A DNA stretch of 64,000 nt from a virus, in the IMG/VR virus record IMGVR_UViG_3300020421_000003; one strand, 5' to 3'. The position numbers and the translations under genes are program-made. Within the stretch, counting starts at the first letter, position 1, and each line of letters starts with the position of its first letter. Of the stretch, positions 57,401-64,000 are shown in pieces. A model generated the notes under the pieces. It was not told the origin of the DNA and ran no database searches. It saw only the letters and a program-made list of their open reading frames with translations.

Positions 57401-58738
57401 CTGACCATCCTTACCATTCTGCTGAGGCATGAATGTGAATGGAATCTCTACACCAGACTCAGGCAGTTTGCCAGTCCAAGATGTGACTCTCCACTCACTA
57501 TCAATATCATCTGCTTTACCATCACTGCCGACATCATATACAGGTCGGACTTCAAAGTTAATCTCAGCACCACCATATCTGATAGTGTGCTGTGCAATAT
57601 CTCCTCTTACCTTGTTACCACTACTTAAACCTAGGTTTTTCTTAGGCCAGAAGTCAGCACCACCCTCATTATAAACCCAGTTACCGTTACCTACACCTTC
57701 ATTGTTAGTAGTTTTGATCGGTGGATTCTTTTCTGATGTTGTGAATCCTGAATTGCTACCAGTGATTAGCTCTACGTTTTGTCCACTACCACCTGCTGAT
57801 CCAGGCACCTTCTCCTTCAGGCACCACCATGCAGCATCACCATCAGTCAGAGAGTATCCAGAAGGACCAGAGATCTCATTGTGATAGTTGTATTCATTAC
57901 CACTCTCGGATTCATAGACAGGGACTCTCTCAGGGAAGCAATTCTTGATACAAACTTCCGTCTTGTTAGCAGACCATCCACGAGGGTGGAATCCTTCACA
58001 GTCTGCCTTGGCAGGTGTCCAACCACCACCAAGGTATGGTTTGAATGTACATTCAAGAGTCTTTCGGACACAATCCTCCCACTCTTTCTTTGGTGGATCA
58101 TCCTCAGGACAATATAAAATTCTTTCAGGATCACTGCCGATAACTTTCCAGTATCCACCACCAATATCTTTTACTTTACTAACGATTCTTAACTCAGATA
58201 CTTCTCTACAATCATCACCACCAGTTGATATCCAAGGACCCGTGGGGATCTTAGGATCTGGAATCTTGATGATGAAGTCATGTCCACACTCAAGACCAGG
58301 GATTTCTATACCTAATTGCTCTGTAATGAAACAAACAACAGGATCAACAGGGACAATCGTAGGTAGATCAGGCACCTCTGCCTCAGGTGGAGGTGGCAGC
58401 AGTGGTGGAAGCTCAGGATAACATCTCCCAACCAGTCCCTGAATTACCTCATTAGGTGTGGGGACAGGTGCAGGCTCTGGAGGATCAGGACGGAAAGGAA
58501 TATTGATCGAGTCCAGTGGGTTAGGACTGTTTAGGACTGGAGGACCATAGCATCTGCCCACCAGATTTTGGATCACCTCAGAGGGAGTCAGTGCGGTTGG
58601 TGCTGGACCAGTTGTAGATCCACCTGCGGGATTAAATTCACTAGCAGGATTCTCACCATCCAATGCGTTGGGGGTCAAACCAATCGGACCCGTGACATTG
58701 TAACAGCGAGCAACTAGATTACGAATATGCTCGGACAT
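54410..58738 (-). CDS. large putative virion protein with Pro/Cys-rich N-terminus and DUF4114-like segment
   Basis: Repeated LV.RCY + Pro-rich units; AGYDNAFGYY...WEDL..GDDDYDD; late promoter upstream. Confidence 0.7.
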   Translation of the reverse strand: MSEHIRNLVARCYNVTGPIGLTPNALDGENPASEFNPAGGSTTGPAPTALTPSEVIQNLVGRCYGPPVLNSPNPLDSINIPFRPDPPEPAPVPTPNEVIQGLVGRCYPELPPLLPPPPEAEVPDLPTIVPVDPVVCFITEQLGIEIPGLECGHDFIIKIPDPKIPTGPWISTGGDDCREVSELRIVSKVKDIGGGYWKVIGSDPERILYCPEDDPPKKEWEDCVRKTLECTFKPYLGGGWTPAKADCEGFHPRGWSANKTEVCIKNCFPERVPVYESESGNEYNYHNEISGPSGYSLTDGDAAWWCLKEKVPGSAGGSGQNVELITGSNSGFTTSEKNPPIKTTNNEGVGNGNWVYNEGGADFWPKKNLGLSSGNKVRGDIAQHTIRYGGAEINFEVRPVYDVGSDGKADDIDSEWRVTSWTGKLPESGVEIPFTFMPQQNGKDGQRVMNITAVILGSETRDRSVPLFKYKGSNPHDYFLTTNPGAPDTQGPGERDTMNQAGMVFHSILGYVFQKKPDGIEFIADKEKLWGLHRFYNPSTGDHRYTIDPQNNTIPQRVSRSRFAYRIPQKVTTDLTVRMDVEKGKAGYDNAFGYYLADKDGPKWGKIVVPSAKNAEEGGGNETSTITISQSELQQYKGGTMGFFLLSDGAGQNSLSVNQTFNFNSHSSGYGPGFRGSGISTKENNYALFSDKKWNPEDEKDYTKWKGPNKQMWEDLIDGDDDYDDLILWHTVEFTAYPGYIYEGIQCYVFADDRPEPVMLKIDLSNPCDPQSFKKNFKDVVLQRQECGNDSPITFGEFDENHECGKCEGDYTISQGRDQTITTITGGNFKLKSFGGITGGSTGDCIRFKMRMKKNGSQIFNDRYDAGSWPSIGQDLYDGVISLAPGDKLNFKLISIITGPPTGTITPYCALWNIDTGKFEMQWGLQLTTASGDTPLSPRMMANPELLVIQQAGAISGFDMQFYPSYGSSINAKADGKVRAGSYSGDSWHQSARDNKKSSGPKQASTKVYNNYALTSMHGLLQSNPGILGGNDRNIYNPLLPAINSGYIDTGYPEEDAANYERGGQQGYRIQVLGGDYGDLVRRHLITRFDQVDGTIPQRSTFLNKSPVCFARAEKPWYEVANLRSAASSVFDGGTNFFSANTFMQDYYLDGNEFENDAVENVNVASQLYAKVRIAFTFYSSKGIPNESGRAQGGADNPERWLCAISLVEVLQAGIGYSEGQEYDLAWPPRRYNVGSSGTLGAYFTPDGQGIEVTGSGTGTITLDFDWDDNVYTSGQAIGSMTIEGQTFDQGNNNSGSQSRSFAVTGGNKYTWSISGQSETAGFRIRDNGQTIQWDDNAANGFDKNAEMVIADLTTSGGGGQSDDAAYNAMEDPGTSPYYPDMKGNFKLPRKLAAFYEKENQKRTAKEAFYQESHNKNSPVWYTSSDRDKHRVKFKLIITQTT

Positions 58739-58767
58739 TAAAAAAGAGGAGCGGGTGCTGCTCCTCT
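58739..58767 (-). terminator. intrinsic terminator
   Basis: AGAGGAGC-agcaccc-GCTCCTCT-TTTTT on the minus strand. Confidence 0.7.
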
Positions 58768-58826
58768 ATTTAGTGCGATGTGTTTGATGGATTTTGCCAT
58801 CCACATCAGCGGCGACGATACTTTAT

Positions 58827-59072
58827 TTATGCTTCCTGAAGCGATTGTAATGTGTTGTGTAACTCACCAACATCACGGAGACCCTCGGCACTAAACCAAG
58901 GAGCATTCTCCCAACTAAACCCAACACCCATGGTGCTGTCAGGTGCTGTGATATACCAATGACATGCTGTGTCTGGCACATCTACTGCACACTTGGACCA
59001 GTCATCACTCCACTGTGGGACTTGCACCCACATCAGAGCGGCAAACATAATGCTGAAGAGTGATTTAATCAC
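58827..59072 (-). CDS. secreted hypothetical protein
   Basis: [23 protein letters not shown]. Confidence 0.7.
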   Translation of the reverse strand: MIKSLFSIMFAALMWVQVPQWSDDWSKCAVDVPDTACHWYITAPDSTMGVGFSWENAPWFSAEGLRDVGELHNTLQSLQEA

Positions 59073-60124
59073 AGTGCATTACCTCTTGGCAATACTTCCT
59101 CAGGGAAGACGAAGTTTTCATGTGGTTGGTCAGCAGGTGCCATCCAAGCACGGAGTCCTTCATTCAAGAGGATATTCTTGGTGTAGAAGGTCTCGAATTC
59201 AGGATCCTCCGCTGCACGAATCTCCTGAGATACGAAGTCGTAAGCACGAAGATTAAGAGCGAGTCCAATAATACCGATAGAAGAAGTCCAGAGACCCATG
59301 ACGGGCACGAAGAGCATAAAGAAATGCAACCAACGCTTGTTACTAAAAGCAATACCGAAAATCTGTGACCAGAAACGGTTCGCAGTAACCATCGAGTAAG
59401 TCTCCTCCTCTTGCGTAGGCTCAAAAGCCTTGAAAGTATTCGCTTGCTCACCATCTTCAAACAGCGTGTTTTCTACAGTAGCACCATGGATTGCACATAA
59501 CAATGCTCCACCCAGGATACCTGCCACGCCCATCATGTGGAAGGGATTGAGTGTCCAGTTGTGGAAACCCTGCAGGAAGAGTAGGAATCTAAAGATTGCT
59601 GCTACCCCGAAACTAGGTGCAAAGAACCATGAAGACTGACCCAGTGGATACATAAGGAATACACTGACAAAGACAGCAATAGGACCAGAGAACGCAATAG
59701 CATTGTAGGGACGGATACCAACTAGACGAGCGATCTCAAACTGTCTAAGCATGAAACCAATGAGAGCGAAGGCACCGTGGAGAGCCACGAAAGCCCAGAG
59801 TCCCCCAAGTTGGCACCACCTGACGAAATCCCCCTGAGCTTCAGGACCCCAAAGTAGAAGAAGAGAATGACCCATAGCGTCAGCAGGCGTTGAGACAGCT
59901 GCCGTAAGAAAATTAGCACCCTCAAGATAGGAAGAAGCAAGTCCGTGGGTGTACCAACTCGTGACAAAAGTTGTGCCAGTAAGCCAACCACCAATGGCAA
60001 GATAAGCAGTGGGAAGAAGAAGTATTCCAGACCAACCCACAAAGATAAAGCGATCCCGTTTAAGCCAGTCATCAAGGATATCAAACCAACCCCTCCGTTG
60101 TTGTTGTAGTGTAGCAGTCGTCAT
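59069..60124 (-). CDS. psbD: photosystem II D2 protein
   Basis: [19 protein letters not shown]...[10 protein letters not shown], full length. Confidence 0.99.
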   Translation of the reverse strand: MTTATLQQQRRGWFDILDDWLKRDRFIFVGWSGILLLPTAYLAIGGWLTGTTFVTSWYTHGLASSYLEGANFLTAAVSTPADAMGHSLLLLWGPEAQGDFVRWCQLGGLWAFVALHGAFALIGFMLRQFEIARLVGIRPYNAIAFSGPIAVFVSVFLMYPLGQSSWFFAPSFGVAAIFRFLLFLQGFHNWTLNPFHMMGVAGILGGALLCAIHGATVENTLFEDGEQANTFKAFEPTQEEETYSMVTANRFWSQIFGIAFSNKRWLHFFMLFVPVMGLWTSSIGIIGLALNLRAYDFVSQEIRAAEDPEFETFYTKNILLNEGLRAWMAPADQPHENFVFPEEVLPRGNAL

Positions 60125-60135
60125 TGAATTTTACC

Positions 60136-60357
60136 TTAATTGTTTAGTTCCAGATAGAATTTTGTTTGATCACTGGGTGCATTCTCGTAGAATGAGATGT
60201 CACCATACATTTTATGATCTTTGTATCCAACCATGCGACCTTTTGTATTTTGGATAGCACCCATCATAGCAATGATAAGGAAGATCGCGGGAGGACCGAT
60301 GATTAAAGCACCACCGATCACATAGTAAGTGAGCAATTCGATTAGATCAGTAGACAT
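60136..60357 (-). CDS. membrane hypothetical protein between psbA and psbD
   Basis: TM helix followed by QNTKGRMVGYKDH. Confidence 0.65.
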   Translation of the reverse strand: MSTDLIELLTYYVIGGALIIGPPAIFLIIAMMGAIQNTKGRMVGYKDHKMYGDISFYENAPSDQTKFYLELNN

Positions 60358-60377
60358 AAAACTTTACAGTAATGAAG

Positions 60378-60405
60378 AAAAGAAAAGGGGTCTCGAAAGA
60401 CCCCC
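60378..60405 (-). terminator. intrinsic terminator after psbA
   Basis: GGGGTCT-TTCG-AGACCCC-TTTTCTTTT. Confidence 0.8.
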
Positions 60406-60428
60406 TTATTATACAACAGGTTGAGTTA

Positions 60429-61508
60429 TCAACCGATGCTAGGTGCGGTGAGTGCCACAGGAGTGGACTCAGCAGCAGCGAGATCGAGTGGGAAGTTGTG
60501 AGCGTTACGCTCATGCATAACTTCCATACCCAGACCTGCACGGTTGAGCACGTCAGCCCAGGTGTTGACCACCTTACCTTGTGACTCAACGATGGACTGG
60601 TTGAAGTTGAAACCGTTGAGGTTGAATGCCATGGTGCTTACGCCCAGTGCAGTAAACCAGATTCCGACAACGGGCCATGCGGCGAGGAAGAAGTGAAGAC
60701 TTCTGCTGTTGTTGAAGGAAGCGTATTGGAAGATCAAACGACCGAAGTAACCATGGGCTGCGACGATGTTATAAGTCTCTTCCTCTTGTCCAAACTTGTA
60801 ACCATAGTTTTGTGACTCAGATTCAGTCGTCTCACGGACGAGTGAAGAAGTAACAAGACTACCATGCATTGCCGAGAAGAGTGATCCACCGAAGACACCT
60901 GCTACTCCCAACATGTGGAAGGGGTGCATAAGGATGTTGTGCTCTGCTTGGAAGACAAGCATGTAGTTGAATGTGCCAGAGATGCCAAGTGGCATTGCGT
61001 CAGAGAAAGAACCTTGACCGAAAGGATAGACCAGGAAGACTGCGGATGCTGCTGCAACAGGTGCAGAGTATGCAACACAGATCCAAGGACGCATCCCAAG
61101 ACGGTAAGACAATTCCCACTCACGTCCCATATAGGCAAAGATGCCGATCAGGAAGTGGAAGATTACCAATTGGAAAGGACCACCGTTATACAACCACTCG
61201 TCGAGTGAAGCTGCTTCCCAGATGGGGTAGAAGTGAAGACCAATTGCGTTGGAGGATGGGACAACAGCACCAGAGATGATGTTGTTACCATACATGAGTG
61301 AACCTGCTACGGGCTCACGGATGCCGTCGATATCGACGGGAGGTGCCGCTACGAAAGCGATCACGAAGCAGATGGTTGCCGCCAACAGAGTTGGGATCAT
61401 CAGCACTCCAAACCAACCGACATAGAGACGGTTATTTGTAGAAGTAACCCACTCGCAGAACGAATCCCACGCGGAGGTTGTTTGTTGTTGCCTTGATAAA
61501 GTTGACAT
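60429..61508 (-). CDS. psbA: photosystem II D1 protein
   Basis: [17 protein letters not shown]...[13 protein letters not shown]; uninterrupted, 359 aa. Confidence 0.99.
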   Translation of the reverse strand: MSTLSRQQQTTSAWDSFCEWVTSTNNRLYVGWFGVLMIPTLLAATICFVIAFVAAPPVDIDGIREPVAGSLMYGNNIISGAVVPSSNAIGLHFYPIWEAASLDEWLYNGGPFQLVIFHFLIGIFAYMGREWELSYRLGMRPWICVAYSAPVAAASAVFLVYPFGQGSFSDAMPLGISGTFNYMLVFQAEHNILMHPFHMLGVAGVFGGSLFSAMHGSLVTSSLVRETTESESQNYGYKFGQEEETYNIVAAHGYFGRLIFQYASFNNSRSLHFFLAAWPVVGIWFTALGVSTMAFNLNGFNFNQSIVESQGKVVNTWADVLNRAGLGMEVMHERNAHNFPLDLAAAESTPVALTAPSIG

Positions 61509-61514
61509 TGAAAT

Positions 61515-61600
61515 TTAGGGTAGGTATAAGTGCAGGGAAACACTGGTATAGTATGCCTGTTGCACCCTCAGCAGCAGGTATGAAAGACTGTTATTTAATG
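61515..61600 (-). ncRNA. PhotoRC-II-like cis-regulatory RNA in the psbA 5' UTR
   Basis: GTCTTTCATACCTG...GAGGGTG..CAGGCATA...CCCT directly upstream of psbA; recognised from memory, not by covariance model. Confidence 0.6.
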
Positions 61601-61655
61601 ACGCTGTTTAGTCTTGGTGAGGCGTCAAGTGTGTCGTTGTGTAACGACCGTCCAT

Positions 61656-61684
61656 ACTATATATGGTTTTCAACACCTTGTCAA
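61656..61684 (-). promoter_or_regulatory. sigma70-type psbA promoter
   Basis: TTGACA-17nt-TATAGT; the -35 overlaps the halogenase stop codon. Confidence 0.75.
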
Positions 61685-63153
61685 GAATAATCGAAGGTGG
61701 ACTGTAGGAAAACTGACATAGGTGGACATGTCTCGGCATATTGTAGCACACGTTGGTGCCTAATTGCCCACTCATCGACCTTGCGACGAGCAACAAGCTC
61801 TGGATACTGGAAGTATTCATTGAGACGCTTGTTGACAGTAGTATAACCAGATCCTGCAAGGATGTAAAGGACCTGGGTCTCTCCATGAGAGACGGGCTCG
61901 TTGCCATTCATAACATACTGAATGACTTCATGGGTGGTGCCCTTGAGATTATACTCTACTTCATCGCTGACATGACTCCAGAAAGGTGTGTCACGACGGC
62001 GACTGTAATAGTAGTGTGCCTCTACAAACTCACGCCATCCGTCCATATGCTCAGTGAGGTTATGGTTGAAACGATCACGCTGGAATTGTCCAGGCAGAGG
62101 TGCCTCCTGTAGGAGGTCCATGAGAGCAAGGATGCCATGGTGTGTGTTGAAGAGACTTGTAGATTCTAGCGGCTCAATGAATCCAAACGCGAGTCCGATG
62201 GACACACAGTTACCTGTCCACGCTCTCTCATGCCTGCCGTTTTCAAACTTGATCAGGCGAGCGTCATCGTATCCGAATTCTTTACGGGCATCCTCTTCGC
62301 TCTGAAACTTTGAGGAGAATACATATCCCCTACTGAGGAAGTCATAGGTAGGGATAGTCCACTGCCAACCAGCAGTCATTGCTTTGGCGTTGGTGTAGGG
62401 GACCATCTCGGTCTCACGATCAGTGTAGTCAGTCTTAACTACGAGTGCTCTGTCAGTTACAATTGAATCGTAGGGTTTCCACTTGCTAAGCGCCCCTCCG
62501 ACAACTGCTTGCTGCCCACTACAGTCGATAAAGAGATCACCAAAAATCTTTTCTCCCCCGAGTTTGTATGGTCCACCTGTGACCACGACGTGCTCGATGT
62601 TCCTTCCTTTAGTAGCAACAGACTTAACTGTGCTATCAACCACCTTAAGATCTTTGCAGAAGGTGTCTCTGAGAAAGTTGGAGAAGGCTGCTCCGTTAAT
62701 ATGGAATGATCTGTCTTTGGCGAGGTCATATGGATTTAAGATATCTTTATTCAGTGGGAGTCGCCCTGCCTCTGCCACTGCTGTGAATGGCATGAATACG
62801 TGAGAGAAGGGTGGCAGATTCTCTGGATGAAATGCCTTAGCGAGCATCCACTCCTGAAATTTTATACGTTGGTTAACTGTTTGTCCATTGGGATAATGAA
62901 ATACTTCACCCTCGTTAACGAAACCATCAAACCTTGAAGAAGATTTGTATGTTGCTCGTGCTGCAGGGAGGAATACTTCATCAGTGATTCCCATGTATGA
63001 GAGATATTGATTGATGTGTGGCGTAGTGCTTTCACCTACACCGATGGCATCACCACCATTGATCATAGTGATGTCCCAGTCAGGGAAAGTTTTACAAAAA
63101 GCGGCGGCAGTCATCCAACCAGATGTACCACCACCGACAATCACAATACGCAT
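61681..63153 (-). CDS. flavin-dependent halogenase (tryptophan halogenase/PrnA family)
   Basis: GGGTSG, GVGEST, ATYK, GWQWTIP, FIEPLEST. Confidence 0.9.
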   Translation of the reverse strand: MRIVIVGGGTSGWMTAAAFCKTFPDWDITMINGGDAIGVGESTTPHINQYLSYMGITDEVFLPAARATYKSSSRFDGFVNEGEVFHYPNGQTVNQRIKFQEWMLAKAFHPENLPPFSHVFMPFTAVAEAGRLPLNKDILNPYDLAKDRSFHINGAAFSNFLRDTFCKDLKVVDSTVKSVATKGRNIEHVVVTGGPYKLGGEKIFGDLFIDCSGQQAVVGGALSKWKPYDSIVTDRALVVKTDYTDRETEMVPYTNAKAMTAGWQWTIPTYDFLSRGYVFSSKFQSEEDARKEFGYDDARLIKFENGRHERAWTGNCVSIGLAFGFIEPLESTSLFNTHHGILALMDLLQEAPLPGQFQRDRFNHNLTEHMDGWREFVEAHYYYSRRRDTPFWSHVSDEVEYNLKGTTHEVIQYVMNGNEPVSHGETQVLYILAGSGYTTVNKRLNEYFQYPELVARRKVDEWAIRHQRVLQYAETCPPMSVFLQSTFDYS

Positions 63154-63154
63154 G

Positions 63155-63292
63155 TTACTTTTTCTTGAGTGTCTTTTTAATCAGTTTAGCATACAAAACT
63201 TCCTCTGGTGTATACCATTCGGGATGTTTCTTTGCTCCTTTAATTAGTTTCTTTACTGCTTTCTTTGTTGAGAGTTGTTTCTTTTCGTCCAT
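63155..63292 (-). CDS. small basic hypothetical protein
   Basis: KKLIK.AKKHPEWYT.EEV.YAK; likely start MDEKKQ. Confidence 0.65.
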   Translation of the reverse strand: MDEKKQLSTKKAVKKLIKGAKKHPEWYTPEEVLYAKLIKKTLKKK

Positions 63293-63545
63293 TAAGGTCT
63301 TGGTATTTAGAAAATTCTTTGAAGAGATTCTCACCAACAAAAGCATACAAGTCACCACCATGTGACGCTAATGCTTCTTCTAATCCTTCCTGAGTTGCAG
63401 GGACATTCAGCAACCCATTCGACACATAGTAGTGACAGAACTCATACACTTCTCTATTTATGGGGATTTGCTTATGAATGAAAGCGGTAAGACAGATCTG
63501 TCTTTCTACCATCTTACCGTCGTCATAGCGCCAGTCTTCAATCAT
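63240..63545 (-). CDS. hypothetical protein
   Basis: DWRYDD.KM..R...VYEFCH. Confidence 0.65.
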   Translation of the reverse strand: MIEDWRYDDGKMVERQICLTAFIHKQIPINREVYEFCHYYVSNGLLNVPATQEGLEEALASHGGDLYAFVGENLFKEFSKYQDLNGRKETTLNKESSKETN

Positions 63546-63697
63546 TGAGCAATCATCCTGAATTCTTTTTTAGTTTGGAATGCCTTCTGCCCTGCTTCAC
63601 ACAGGTGCAGAAGGAATTGAGCCTTGTGTATGGATAGGTTTGAGTAGTTTTTTAACTTAACCCAGTTACCATCCCAGTAAAACTCTAAGCAATACAT
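63542..63697 (-). CDS. small hypothetical protein (51 aa)
   Basis: MYCLEFYWDGNWVKLKNY...; ATGA coupling. Confidence 0.55.
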   Translation of the reverse strand: MYCLEFYWDGNWVKLKNYSNLSIHKAQFLLHLCEAGQKAFQTKKEFRMIAQ

Positions 63698-63700
63698 GAC

Positions 63701-64000
63701 TCATGCATCCAACCTGAGTTTATTTAGATAATCCCAAGCATAGTCCTCGCGGTAACCTTTGATGCCCCATCCCAACCAACGATAGGCAGGTGCCATATAG
63801 TAGGAGATACTCTGTCCATTCGATTGGAAGTATGGAAGTTGACGCTGAAATATATTCTCGTTAACCATGTAACGAAGTTGGCAGTCGAATGTGGAGGGAT
63901 CACACTCAAACTTGGTGGCAAATTTGCCGAGGTTGACGTAGCGGTTTACGCTGGTCCACTGAATGATGCCATAACCACCCCGATGACAATCGTGGTAAGA
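63701..64000 (-). CDS. phage tail-lysozyme-family protein (C-terminal part; starts beyond the window)
   Basis: Open frame ...CHRGGYGIIQWTS..RY..L...QL.YM.NE...WLGWGIKG.R; not in the ORF track. Confidence 0.65.
   Translation of the reverse strand, partial: SYHDCHRGGYGIIQWTSVNRYVNLGKFATKFECDPSTFDCQLRYMVNENIFQRQLPYFQSNGQSISYYMAPAYRWLGWGIKGYREDYAWDYLNKLRLDA

Noticed and set aside
59069-61508. Intron or homing endonuclease at psbA/psbD
   Set aside because: Both genes are uninterrupted and full length; the intervening 73-aa ORF is a membrane protein without nuclease motifs.
63724-63921. ORF-track 65-aa ORF
   Set aside because: Alternative frame overlapping the tail-lysozyme-family frame 63701..64000.

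Overview
This 64-kb window comes from a T4-like marine cyanomyophage (Kyanoviridae-type; a Synechococcus host is inferred from psbA+psbD, cpeT and cp12). Almost all genes are on the minus strand. From right to left (direction of transcription): a partial tail-lysozyme-family gene and a flavin-dependent halogenase; psbA (with a PhotoRC-II-like leader) and psbD; a large virion protein, a small outer-membrane beta-barrel and glutaredoxin; thyX, phoH, an exonuclease, gp33 and gp32; the baseplate/tail module (gp53 and gp48 on the plus strand; gp4, gp2, a tube-like protein, gp26/gp51-like, two tape-measure-like proteins, a hub protein, gp5) with cp12 and cpeT inserted; several large virion proteins; an accessory island with three tandem 269-aa Gly/His-rich fibre-like paralogues, two further halogenases and a run of 2OG-Fe(II)/JmjC oxygenases; a three-gene nuclease-like / N4C-methyltransferase / ParB-like operon; and small early genes behind palindromic promoters. 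The most notable observations are (1) a T TTT TTC slippery site that would fuse gp26 to an otherwise truncated gp51-like frame directly upstream of the tape-measure-like genes (candidate -1 frameshift, lambda G/GT-like), (2) the fibre-paralogue plus halogenase/oxygenase island as a candidate virion-tailoring system, (3) a candidate phage restriction-modification operon, and (4) two structured late-RNA candidates. All assignments rest on motifs and synteny recognised by eye; no searches were run. No tRNA, CRISPR array, intron or IS was recognised.
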